From the NCBI GenBank assembly GCA_036172245.1, contig JAYWIR010000015.1:930001-994000 (forward strand): DNA of 64,000 nucleotides. Reading direction: 5' to 3'. Position numbers and translations under genes: made by a program. This document shows, in pieces, positions 14,776 to 27,064 of this stretch (position 1 is its first letter; each line of letters opens with the position of its first letter). The notes under the pieces were generated by a model, which ran no database searches, had not been told where the DNA came from, and saw nothing but the letters and a program-made list of their open reading frames with translations. Source of the DNA: Raillietiella orientalis (Eukaryota).

Positions 14776-16334
14776 CCAGAAAGGTCAGATATACAAATAG
14801 CTTATCTTTGCTGGCTAGTAAAAAAATTAATGTGCTTGTTCCGAAACTTTCGCAATCTCTGCACCATCACTGTGATTATCCGTAAGTGATACTTTTCTGG
14901 AGTATGCGGATCATATGCTGCGATCGAAATTCTGGAAGGATGGGAAGAATAGGTCTAATGGTTCAAAGCGTACTCTGAAAGCACAACTTCAATCTTCATC
15001 GAATTCGACTTTTGCCAGTATCCTACAAAATGCTTATACCATTTTTTCTGAGGAATCGATTATGGTTGACCGAGAGGCAGGCGGTGATGTCGGAATTTTT
15101 CATTGTGATTTTGCTAAAGTTACAGAGTAGGTTTCCCTCACAGAAAAATCTGAAATTTGGTTAACTTTGACCTTATTCTGGGGTTTCTTTATACCAAAAC
15201 CGATTCCGCTCAAGGACGATTCTAAATCTGACTGTGTGCTTACATATGCAAAGTTTCTGCACGATTGCTTTCTTTGCTCTGTAATAAATCCTTTTAAAAC
15301 AGACAAGTGATACAGCATCCTGCGAAATGCTGTTTTCTTGAAATCAAGGACACGTTATTTGATTGTTTTTATTCCTGTCATGAGGCAATTCATTTGATAA
15401 TCAGTGGAGTGTCAAGACGGATGAACCGTACGTTGATTAATGACAAGGCTATGGGTAATTCACATCCCTACTTTTGTAGCAGACATTCTGTTTTTCTGGG
15501 TACTTCGGGACGTAGCAATGGAGCTTAGTTTCTGTCGTCTACATTGTAAAGTACAACACTATACAGTCTAGATTGTAGCACACTGAGAGCCAACCAACGA
15601 GTTGCGTGTATGGGATGGAATATGTAATGGACCCCATCGAATTAGATCAAAGTGAAGTTCCCTACAATCCACACGAAATCAGCAGCGAAGGAAAATTGAA
15701 GTCGCACTGCAGCTCAAACCACATTTTAATACTTAAATGATGAACATCACAAACCTTTCTCATGTTTGGAATGTTGAATCTTCGAGAAATTTCGAGTTAT
15801 TAAGGGTGCTGCGGTCGTCTGAAAGTTGCAACATCGCTTCGCAAGGTTCCGTAACTCCAGTGGGGATGTAGTGAAAGATGCAGAGTGCTTGAAAAAAAAA
15901 AAAAAAAGTCAAGTATACATTGGAAATTCAATCCAACAGGAGTGTTGGAGGTATCGTGAAGCGCTCGGTACGGTCTGTTTATTCTTATTCAAGAGCGCTG
16001 TGCTGAACATACTGCCAGCACCTTCGTAGGGCACCACTACATGACTTTTCAGCTGACATGGAGAACTGCAACTGCATGCATTCGTGTTTATCCACACACG
16101 TGTGTTCCTGTACCTCCCAGATGCATGAAGTTTGCTACATTAAATACGCTTTGAAAATGTTGTAGGCACTCTGTGCGGATTCATAACGGGAAATCATAGT
16201 ACACTACCCATGCAACTCTTTTCTAGATCACCAGTAGTATCGATTCAACGTCGAAGATGGTACAGCCATTCCTGAAACTGTCCATTTTGATAATATCGTC
16301 ATCAAGTGCATGCGTCTGGTAAAGCAGAAACCCA

Positions 16335-16930
16335 GTGGCCGAGGCCGCCATAAACGTCCGCACGCTCACCAAGGAACTCCAGTGCGACTCAGGACTCAAA
16401 TAAAAAGACTACGAGTACTCGGCATTTGATCTTTTCGGGAAGATTGCAAGGCTCGTGAAGATTCCATTTGTTAGGGATTATGACGTGACCAACGACTTCA
16501 CTGCTGCATCTTCATTAGACCTGTGAATTCTTGAGCAAACCCTCTCATCAACATCCTGCTGAACCATTCATCTTTCCTCGTCTCGATTCATTGCTGGTAA
16601 TCCTGAAGTTTCTACTTGGCCCTCGAGATCACATGAAACTCCTTGACATGGAAAGAAGGTCTCCCTATTGCATGGGATGTTTGGTTCGATGCATTCCATT
16701 CTCTGCTGCTTTTTTTTTTTTTCATAAGCCGTTGCCTTTTTCTAGGAACAAATTTGGTTCCTTTCTAAATCCTATCTTTACAAGTGCAGTGTGGCCATGA
16801 AGATTCTACTCTTATACACCCTCTATTTCTTAGCAACCTCTAGAGCAAACGCGGGATTCTGTAAAATTTCTGTTCTGGTCCAACTTGTCGTCCAGATCAG
16901 ACCACGTTCTCGACGGCGACCATTCTGTTC
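16335..16930 (+). mobile_element. Possible decayed apurinic-like endonuclease remnant of an RTE/L2-type LINE
   Basis: AAINVRTL at about 16343-16368 matches the endonuclease N-terminal NVRTL motif. DHVLDGDHSV at about 16900-16930 resembles the IDHIL...SDH C-terminal motifs. Frames are broken. Confidence 0.3.
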
Positions 16931-19900
16931 GTATCACTAACGAAAAACACATTTTGGAGGTCATCTCTGATATTAGAGGCTTTGAAGTCTAAAACAGAGA
17001 CGAAAGGCTATTTTGAAGCATAGCCTATCGGCCATCTTTTTCTTCTTTTCTGAAAGCAGTAAACAGTAATTACAACATCCTTATAGTTATTTCCATAAAT
17101 TGCAAGACACAAAAAAAGGCCACGGTCTTCAAGCAGATGGGAAATGTAGGATTGTGATGCACGTTGACTCATCTTGGTGCATCCATTTCTAATCACTCTG
17201 ATGTCAAAGCTCATTCGCAGATGATTTCTAATAATTATCATCTATCCAAGTGAACTTAAACTTTCTTAGAAGCTAAAAGAAACAGCAAATTGTCCTCCTC
17301 TTTGAGAAATCTGTTTCTGAAAAAAGAAAAGAAGAAGAAGCAATGACACTAAGAAAGTTATTTGCGGAGATGGACATTCGAAAAAATTTACCGAATTGTA
17401 GTGTGCTCCATGGAAACCTTCAGGACACACATTGATTTCTCTACAGTACCAAAAATCACAAATAACCGGATTTGTTTCGGTTTCAATTGTAAATCGGCTG
17501 AGGCCTGGATACGCAGATCGGTTGCCCGTAGTTCCTGCGTCCCCTAGACACAGCTTTCTTGCTCTTGGTTGAAAATGGGGTAAACTGTTCACAGGCGTGC
17601 ATGCAGGTCTCAACCAAGGACCCATCTCTACTCTTCATTCCGCTGTTTCTTCATTCCTTTTGCGACTGTGTCCTCAAGAGTCGACTTTGCAGGCAGAAGA
17701 TGACAGTGGCTGCCCCAAGTTCCGACCTCTATAAAAATCTTGGATGAAAAGAGCTCGAAAAGCTGTCGTTGCTGGGCCCACGAATTTTTTTTTTTTTTTT
17801 TATCTTTTAGGAGGTTGCTGTTGGCATTCGAGTTTCACGAATCGGTAATCTCGATTGCAGATTCTCTGCGAAGACAACCTGTCAACTGAACATCTGTAGA
17901 AAAGTTATCGCATGAAGGAATGGTATTTTTCTTGTCCTTCCTTCTTATTACTCCTCCTGTACCTTTCTTGATTTTCATTGAGCTCCATTACTGAAAGTGA
18001 TCGCCCCGAAAATTTCCCCTTTTCTTGTTTTTTCCCTTCGTCAAAGGAAAATGCTGTTTCAGTCGAGCACTCGAATATCCTACAGAAAGAATTGCAAAAC
18101 AGTAAACAAATTTGGTTTCACAAGAGGGCCGAACTGGAAGAGATCAATTCGTGTTTGCCTGCTGTAGCACTCTTGGATGCCTCTGCCCTGTGAAAGTTCT
18201 TTTTTGATTCGATCGCATCAGAAATACGATAAAAGTGTGATTTTACGAGCAGCACTATTGAAACATTTTTGTAAAGATTTCGAGAAGAACACTCCCCGTT
18301 TTTTTCTTCCCAGAGACTTTCGCAATTTCGTGGGGGCGGGAGGAACAGGAAAGCGACAGTATGGACTTTCCAGAAGATCGAAGAATAATTCCAACTCCAA
18401 ACAATAAAGCTATTAGTGGTGGTTTTCCCGTATGAGTTTGCTCTTCTGCATCGGCTCCTCACCTCCACAAAGCCTGCAACCTTTCCGATCACGCGGGCTT
18501 AAAGACGTCACCTCCTTCGAGCCATCTGGCTCATGGCTCCGCAAGCATCTCTACTACCAGTAGGTCATGAACGCGCATCTCATCTTGCATAAGCTTCTGT
18601 CGGAGCAATCGGTCGCGAAGAGCGCAACTTCCTCGCCATTAGAGGACATCGGTGGTAGCCCATGGAAACTAGTTTCCACGAGCGTGCCCCATGGTCGCTA
18701 CTGGACACCGATCCGCAGGCCTTAAGTCAATCGTTGGGAGGTGCTTTTCAAGGAAGTACCCAGCTTTACGAAATGAGTCGAAAAAAGGCAGCGAAACTCC
18801 TTTTCACTGGTTCTTTATTCAAATGAGAGTTTCCAAGCTTCAGAGGCTTTTTCTGGGAGCTGCGCGGATCGAACCCTGTTGTGTAAGCAGCCTTCCTTTC
18901 GGTCTCCATGACGACACACTTGAATTGAATCAGACTCTCGAGCGACATCAAAGAGGAAAGCGCCCGGAATGAAAAACGCAGCGTCAAACAAAGTCCCCAT
19001 AAAATGCATATGACGAATTCAGAAAGAAAAAAAAAAGAGGAAATAAATAAAATGAAAATGAACAAGCTGTACCAAAATGAAAGCAGTGTATGTGTTCGTC
19101 TGCACCAAAATTACGCCCGCAATCTTTCCAGTTTGAAAATTTTTTTGCATGATTCTAAACAAGCCCATCTTGAAAGCCACGGTCTATTCGCTGCTTCCAT
19201 CTCTTCTCTGAAGGCTTACATTACAAATCTTCCAGAAAAAATTTTCGCTTCTGAGAATCTTGGAGAACATGGAGCTGAAAACTGTCGCTCGCGCAAGAGA
19301 AACCGGAGCTACCAGTGTGTTGTGAAAGAACACCCGGACCATGATAAAGCTGATACAGCACCTTCGGCCAGATCTTTAGCATCCATTCTAGTTTCGAGAA
19401 TGTTCGCACGATCCCGCCAGCAAGCTTCCACGCCCTCTGTTACTCTCCTGAATGAAATCTCTCCGACAGTGGAACAAGGCACACGGAGATGTTTTCCGTG
19501 TTGCACGGCCGAGAGATCTCCCAGCTGAAGGAACTGCCTAAAGGGGGAAAGGCACGTGGACTAGAAATAAATCAGTAAAACATCCATTGGAAAGCGAATG
19601 CTCGATGAACGCATTCAGGAAGGGTTTCCAAGAGCCACAGAATCCAGGAGGCACAGCAGAATCCGAGACCGAAGACCAGCTGCCGGGAAGTGTACAAAAA
19701 GAACGGGGAGACATGGAGACGATTCCTTTGATAGTTAATCGAAGAAGAGCTTCTATGAGAACTCGAGTCTGTTTTTTTTTTTCAGCAAGATTCTTCGTTT
19801 CTTGGTTGGTCTGTTGAATTGCCTTCTCCGCCCTGCGGTTTTCTATGCAGCCAGTGTCCAGGCTGCACCCTGAGAAAAGGAAAGCTCGGGATTCCATTTT

Positions 19901-21665
19901 TTTTTTTGTGTGTGAGCGCCATGAAAGACCACAGGTGAACTGGAGATTGCGAGGACAGGGATTACCTCCCGGACTTTAGAAACAGCAGGATATATTCTGA
20001 CCTCGTCGCAAACAGGGGAAAAAAAAAAAAAAACTCAGAAACACGGCACGCTGAATCATGCAGAGCCCGAATGAATTGAGAAAACTGCTCCTCTACTCCA
20101 TAGGAAAGCCATTCTTTTCCACTCGAGCATCCACGGGGAGAGGAAGAAATCATGACGAGGAATTCATTTGAATATAATCTTGCTTTCCCAATCTCATGCT
20201 TCTCCCTGAAACAATAACGGATGCAATCCTTTACGCGATTAATCATCACGTCCTCGGGGTCTGACTACTGCTAAAGGTGATTCCCATTACAAATAACTTA
20301 TGGTCCATTATAGAATGGTAAAGAGCGATTCGCCAGGTGACGTATAAATTGCTTAGAATTGTAAATCCTCTGTAGGAAAACAATTCCTCGTGCACAGGAG
20401 GCTGGCGAAGTCTGTTCAATCCAACTCTTCGACTTTCCGATACTTATCAACTGTTCGCTGCTTCTTGTTAAACAGTCACTTTGAAACAGGTTTCCTCCCC
20501 CCATCGATAGTGAAGGATCTCCTGGTCTAGAAAAAACACAAGAAAAAACTTGACTGTCTGTTGCTTTCTACTTTACAATATCAGAAACTATCGCCATCGT
20601 GCACCAGCACTTTTAAGTGTATTAATGAAGTACGGACATATATCGATGCTCATATGCAGCCGATCGACTTGCTGAAAGCATTTGATCAATGAAGTGCCTT
20701 CTCTGTGGCCTCCTCTGCAGCTCGTGTTGCTTCGCATCCACATTTCGCTTTAACTTTGAACTCGTTTGCATTTGGAATGGGAAATCTTTATGGGTGCAGA
20801 TTCTCGAAAGTCAGCTTGCTTTCAAGATTCTTCCTAAGGATTCTGATGAAAACTGCTCTGCCTGAGGATGAGATGCTCTGTTCGGCCATCCGGAATGGGA
20901 CTTTCAGTCTTTGAATCCGTAGTGTCCTTTCTTGAGGCCCGCATTACAATTAACCGTAATTAGAACACACGACGGTATGCCCCTTTAATGCTGTTTCACA
21001 TTTTGCCTGAAGTATTAACTGTGCGTACTCATCGATAGCCTCGCTACATCGGAAGCAGAAATTCTGTCACTATCCTGCAACGGTTCTCTTCTATTTTCTC
21101 AAACCTTCGTCAATCTATGACAAACTTATAGGCAGTGTGATAGAGTAAAGCTGCTCGTTACAAAGGAGGTGGCTTTTCAGTTCAATTGCATTTTCTTGAT
21201 TTGTAGGTGGAAGTGTTCAAGATACTCTGCTTCTCAAAGGCAGGACATTTTCCTTTTTCAAACGCTTTTCGCGATTTGTGATGCATTTATAATAAAGTGG
21301 CGCCTTTGTAGGGGAGCAAATAAAGCGCCATTAGATTCATATTCATGTAGAAAGATTCGCGGATGTTTCAACTTTTTTTGAACCGAAGGAGACAGACTGC
21401 AAGCTGGCAACCTTGTCAAACCATTAACAAGCTTTCGATATTTACTGGAAACATTTTCCGAGATGAAATATTTTCTGAAGTCCAATTCGACAAATATTGG
21501 AGGGCTGTTGTGAAATCTTGCTCAAACCTCCTCAGTAGAAATTTGCAGCGAAGGGAAACAGCAAATAATTCGAATAATTAAAATGCTGCCGCCTTACTTT
21601 TCGCGTATTCGGGTTTTCCTCCGAAGGTCGTCCTTATAGGAAACGGAGAAGAGAAACAACCAGTT

Positions 21666-21738
21666 GCCTCGGTAGCGCAGTAGGTAGCGCGTAAGTCTCA
21701 TAATCTTAAGGTCGTGAGTTCGATCCTCACCCGGGGCA
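21666..21738 (+). tRNA. tRNA-Met-CAT: tRNA-Met (CAT), elongator type, intronless, 73 nt
   Basis: Full cloverleaf: acceptor GCCTCGG/CCGGGGC plus discriminator A; D-arm GCGC-AGTAGGTA-GCGC; anticodon arm TAAGT-CTCATAA-TCTTA with CAT at 21699-21701 and the U31:U39 pair typical of eukaryotic elongator Met; T-arm GTGAG-TTCGATC-CTCAC. G1:C72 and TTC at 54-56 indicate elongator rather than initiator. No encoded CCA. Confidence 0.97.
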
Positions 21739-21742
21739 TTGC

Positions 21743-21746
21743 TTTT
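21743..21746 (+). terminator. RNA polymerase III terminator (T4) of the tRNA-Met gene
   Basis: TTTT begins 5 nt after the discriminator base; longer T runs follow at about 21792 and 21807. Confidence 0.65.
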
Positions 21747-21886
21747 CGAAAGCGCCGCTTCGGCTGCGCTCCGCAGTTCTCACGCTCCGCGTTTTTGCCT
21801 ACACCCTTTTTTTTCTTCTTCCTGTGTTTGCTCTCCATACCCACTGCCTGTTCTTTTCATCCCCGAGTCTTCCTTGAATCACTCCT

Positions 21887-24800
21887 TTGGAAGAACTTCC
21901 GGTGAATCGACATCCAGGTTTCTCTTTCGCCGCGATCCGAGACTTTCCTGCCTTGTGCAGCAACGAGTTCGCTTCCGTACAAGGTGTCTTGTACCATTTG
22001 TCTTGTACGCGCGGCCTCCTCGGTTACGACTTTGACAAACAGCCCAAGGCAGCTGCCTCTCTGCCCGCCACCATGCGTCTTCGCTGCTGAGTTGCTATTG
22101 CTCCCCAGCGTCCGCCGATTCCCGTGGGAAGCCCGCGGGGCTTGCCTCCAGTGGTCCACGACACGGTCGTGGCTTGCCCGGAGACCGCTTAGTTCTTTCG
22201 CCCGGCTCCGTGCTAGGGTTCACGCGATGACCGAAGTCTGAAGGAGGGAAGGGATGTGCACCGTGTTTGCGGCGCGTTTGGCCTCTTTCAAGGGATGCCT
22301 CGAGTCGCCACAGCTCTCCTCCGTGTGGCAGAGGACTCGGGAGCTCTCGGAAGCGCGCGATTCGGACCCGGCGGAAGGATCAGCCTCTGGGGTTCTGAGT
22401 CAGACGGAAAGCTCGGCTCGCTCAAGAAAGTACGCGGCAGCTCGAGAAAGATGGGCAGGGTAACGACACTCTTGTCATAGGTTGTTCCCGAGGCAACCAG
22501 CCGGGTCACGTCTTAGCAGGGATTAGCTCATCCTCCCGTCATTTGTCACAGAAAGCAGCAAGAAACTGCAGCAGGTCGGGCAGATGCTTCGAGATGGTCT
22601 CCGGTGAGGCTGTTCCGTACCGTTTCCCATGGGTTTTGCAAGTTTGGAAGGCGCCTGAAATGGCGGCAGAGGTCCTCGTTTTCGTGCTTTCCCTTACAGC
22701 TCCGTCAGTTTCGGCACGCGTGACGCATCATCAGGTGACCACATCTGGGGTGGATGTCACCTAATGTAAGGCCAACGTTCCACGCAATCGCAAATGCTGA
22801 TTTTTATTTCTCAAAAAGAAAAAAAGAGTCTCATTTTTTGAAGAACAGCAATCGTCCCTTTTATGTTTGTTCTGTGTTTTCGTGTCGAATTGTAACGTCC
22901 CGTCACGCATTCCATTCAAACTCTGCGAATGCTGATCCTGGAAATGTAGGTATCACAATCATACCTGGACTTCAGAGGCGGATGGGTTCTAAAAATCAAA
23001 GGTGAAACGGGAGTACAATAAAAGTTGAAAATCCAAGCCGACTCTCTCTTCCTGTACGCTTCTGACATCTACCCGGCTTGCGACAAACTATGAACCTACT
23101 GAACATTTTGACTAGATGACAGCCCTAAATCATGAAGGCAGGAAAACATTTGCATTCCTAAAAAACTGATGCGAAAAATTGACCTGATTCTGTCAAATAT
23201 TCATCGATGATGAAATTCTATTTAACCGTTGATCAACTTCCATTTTATCAATGGTTAACGTTACAAATTACAGAAGTTATGAATTTTAGAGAGCTTAATT
23301 ACATACACGAGAAGCTGTGATGAGATATGACATTAACATTCCTTAACTGTTTCCACCATACCCAAAAGAAGAAAAAAAGAACAAACCTAATCAACGAAGC
23401 TCATAATTTTCTTAATGTCTCAATTTTCAAAGCTCATCTCACGGGAAAATCGCTCGCTTTTCGATAGCGAGCTATAAGCATTTTCAAGATGAATAAAATA
23501 AAGTTATGACGAAAAAAGAGAGCAACAACAGCTGAGGATGCATGACGCTGCCCATAGGTGACAGAGGTGAGTACGGAACCCCTGGAACGTCTGCCTTCCC
23601 CTCCACCTCTTCCTACTCGGACTCTCAAATGGCAGATGGCCGTCGCAACTGTCAGGAATACCCATGTGATGCTAACGGAAGTTATTTGCTCCTTTCTCGA
23701 TCCAAAGCAGTTAGTTCAGATAATCGGCAGTTTTCCAGGGGGGTGAGCTGAAACTGCTCATAGCGAGAGAAGCAGTTCTGCTCCTGAGGCAAAGCAGTGC
23801 ATCGTAATCGAAGGACGCTCTGGGTCTCCGTCAGTTTTTTGTCGCGGGGCAAGACGGAACTTGGAACAGGCATGTGGACGAGACAGACGCAGAGGCAGAA
23901 AAGTTCTGGAGGCCAGCGGCCATTCCTCAGCTCTACTCGCTGAAATGAAAAGTCTCCTTCATCGACGGAACCTCTGGTTAACTCCCAGGAGTGCAAAATA
24001 ATAGTACCTTCTCCGTGGAGAAAAGAGGAACGTGTGAAAAGCCATCTCTCCTCTTCGTGGAAGTTGTCATCAGGGGGTAAAGTGGATTCAGGAGCTGGAA
24101 GTCTTGGGTCAGCTGCCTTCTACATTATTACACTTCAAGTGGGCAATGAATCCCAAATGCATCTGTGGAATGCAAGCGCGGAACCACAGCAAGGGTCCGC
24201 GCACAATGGACTCTGAGTTTGACGATGCAGATGGTTTGACGATGGACTTGCAACCATCTCAAACCTAGACATGCATGAGGGGATTGTTCCTTACTTTTGC
24301 CGTGGAGGACCAGAATCATCACGGATTCTCGAATCATCCATCCTGAGAAAGCAAGCTTCGGAGCCACTTTGTCTGGAATCTTTCAGACGATGCAGAGGAC
24401 CTGCGGAGCACGGCATTGCATCTGGTTAATGTTTCGGTAAGAGTCAGACTCTTCTTTCAGAGGAACCTCTCGTCCGGAAGCGAATCACGATGCCAGTCGG
24501 AAAAATGAACGGAAATCGGTTAATTCAAGTAGGATCCTCTCGTCTGCACCCCTTCTTCTTCGCTGCAAATGAGTGAGAGGAAAGTGAGGGAACGCCCTGG
24601 TATCAAGTTTCTCCTTTCATTGATTGACAACTGTAGTCCTGAGACAAGCCTATTGATAGACCTAGCATCGGTAGCAGGAAGTTTCCAAACCATCCCTTTT
24701 CACCCTCCCTCGCGTCCGTCTGCATACTCGGAGACCTCAAACAAAAAAAAGTGCTGGTACGACGACTGCTTCAATTAAGAGTTGCAACAGGAAGCTCAAA

Positions 24801-25200
24801 TGATGAAGCTGTGCAGGGCGAGGCTCCAGAGCGAGTTGCATTACTATGCTGAGCACACAAGATTCTGAGATGATGGCGATGCAGGCTGTTGGGCTGCAGA
24901 GTGTATCATGCTGTACACCTTGATAGCCAAGGTGTCTTGATCTCCACCTATCCGAGAACCGACCACAAAGCCTATGGAAGATCGATCTTTCCTCCAGAGC
25001 CACAAATGAAAGGATGCCCTGCTACGCATTTCAAATCGATACCAAAAGCGCCTTCAACTCTGCTCCAATGAATGCAACACCTAAATGGACTTCATCAAGA
25101 AGGCTTCTTACAGAAGATGGAAAGATCCTGAGACAGCCTTGAAGGAACAACTCCTCTGCTATCTGAAAAGCTCTTTGAGAAAAACACAACAGCGTCATCA
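21887..25200 (+). mobile_element. Degenerate L1/Tx1-like non-LTR retrotransposon (ORF1, endonuclease, 5' part of RT); copy A
   Basis: ORF1-like frame with RGLPPVVHDTVV and a decayed zinc knuckle CSRGNQPGHVLA at about 22483, followed by PPVICHR. Endonuclease-like WQMAVATVRN near 23630 and GFSNH near 24323. RT motifs RVALLC*AHKIL at 24832-24867 (cf. RPIaLLxxxYKIL) and FQIDTKSAFNS at 25029-25061 (cf. lDxxkAFDsV). An AT-rich block at about 22760-23530 interrupts it. Confidence 0.62.
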
Positions 25201-26985
25201 TACAAGGGACGCGCGCTGCCTATCCGAAACACAGCAGAGGCTACAGGAAGGCTTTGATGTCCCGGGGGCGCTGGGACGTTTATTTAGAAAAATAAACCGC
25301 AGGTCAGAGGGGAACGGCGTCCTTGGAATACAAGAGATGCCAAAAAAAAAATAAAAGTGCATTGGGGATGACCACCGGCACTCAGGACGGCTTCTATAAA
25401 AGTAGACAACAGAGGGAAGTGACAATAAGTGAATAAAAAAGACGGGAAGGTAGGAATAGGGATCGTTGGTTTCCTCCGTTCTCTTCCTCCTGAAAGAGGC
25501 TGTTCATGGTGGCGATCTCACTGGTGACTTTTCCTGGCAAATAGAGCCACCTTGCAGCTATCTTCAAGAAGGCGGCTGCCATGCTGGTAGCTTCCCTTCG
25601 CTGCGGACGAAGATCGAACACATGGCTGACTGTCACTATGGAGCGGATGCAACAGATGGTCGCGATCGTAGCGCCCGTCTTCAGCCCGCCTTAAGTGAAG
25701 AAGCGCCGCAGCAACTCCGAAGCGGAGGGGTCCTGCGATCGACAGAGTCCCGAAGGGAGTTTTTACCACGCCTCTTCTAGGGTACCGCAATCCAACAGAA
25801 GCTGCGGAAACGATTCCATCGCTCTTCACTTCAAGCTGTTCGGAGAGGCAACTCTGAAAACCAGGCGCATGCGAAGGCTGCACTGAAAATCTTAGTGTAG
25901 AAACAGCAGAACACCCCGTTTCCAACAGAGAGGGAGGAGACTCTTGAAGACAAAGAAGGAACCATACGCACTTCCGTTATCTCACAGAAGCACCACTTCG
26001 TACGATCGAGGGACCGCTCATCGGGGTTCTTAGGAGGTGCTGCAAGAGCTAAAAATCTTCAAAGTGTGCGCAAGTCACCTCAGGAAGTTGGTGCCGTCCG
26101 TCAGCCAGCACATCTGCTGGACACTCAGCTAGAAGACTCCCCAAGAGCAGTCCTGCACAGTCGAACTACAAGAAGATGAAGCAGCTGTGGCTTCGCGGAA
26201 TGGCAAAACTCAAACAAGCAGTCTTGAAACGTCAGAGCAATTTCTCAGTGCCGAATGAAGCACCGAGCGGAAGCCAACCCTGACATCAAGAAGAAACAGT
26301 CACAACAGAACACGTTGTGGACCAGTCTTTTCCGAAAGAGACCTAAGCCTGCCTCAGAACTGGAGTCAGTGCGCCGATAAGCGACTGGTCAGTCCGGGAA
26401 CTTTCGGACACCGCAACACTGGTGTTTGTGCTCAAGAGCTGTACTGATGAGCAAGGAATCTTCATATCCTGGGTGAACTAGAGTTCTCCACGACGGATGC
26501 GGCGACGCTCCTCATGCACTGAGGTTTTGTTGCAGCTAAAGCTGTCGGCACTGCACTAGAAGGAATGTGTCCCCTGACTGCTCCAGGAACGGGACAGCCG
26601 GATCACTCTTGCAGCTACTTCTGGATTCCGAGTTCCTTCTCAATGGATGATAACGAGTGGCAGCACCCCTCCCGCACCAGAAGGACTCCCCTTGGCAGCT
26701 CTTGCAGTGGTTCCTGAAAACTCAAGCACTCTCGGCCCACCTCTCCCATTCAGAGTATTCAGAGCTGCGTTCGTGCAGCAGATGCGAAACGCCACAAGAT
26801 CTTGAAGCAGCGGTGGTACCGGGGGAAGCTATCCATCCCATCATGATGAGAAAAGTAGCAGGATGGCCTCATCTTCTGCCAGTATGCTCGCCTCACGGTC
26901 AGGCTCCGAGAAAAACCGCGGAACCCAAGTCCGAACCTCAAGTCCTCTTCTTTTGGATCGCACCTCTCGTAGTCTGGCGCTGCTT
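25200..26985 (-). mobile_element. 5'-truncated degenerate L1/Tx1-like element (RT end, C-terminal zinc finger, 3' UTR); copy B
   Basis: Minus translation gives SILAEDEAILL (decayed YADD region, about 26880), SEAGLGLF (GGLGL motif, about 26345) and LPLCWKRGVLLFLH*DFQC...VASPNSLK*RAMESFPQLLLDCGTLEEAW...GLKTGATIATICCIRSIVTVSHV. This aligns by eye with the copy at 50.5-51.1 kb. A pyrimidine-rich 3' UTR follows at about 25460-25200. Confidence 0.72.
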
Positions 26986-27064
26986 CCTTATGACAAATGC
27001 ATACACACTTTAGGTGTGCACGTACACACACTCCATGTATGTACTTTAGGTTCTTTTGTGCATC

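Noticed and set aside
17266..17625. VICDFWYC as a second chitin-binding domain
   Set aside because: Only a short resemblance; the other cysteines and the FxCPxxTxF motif are missing.
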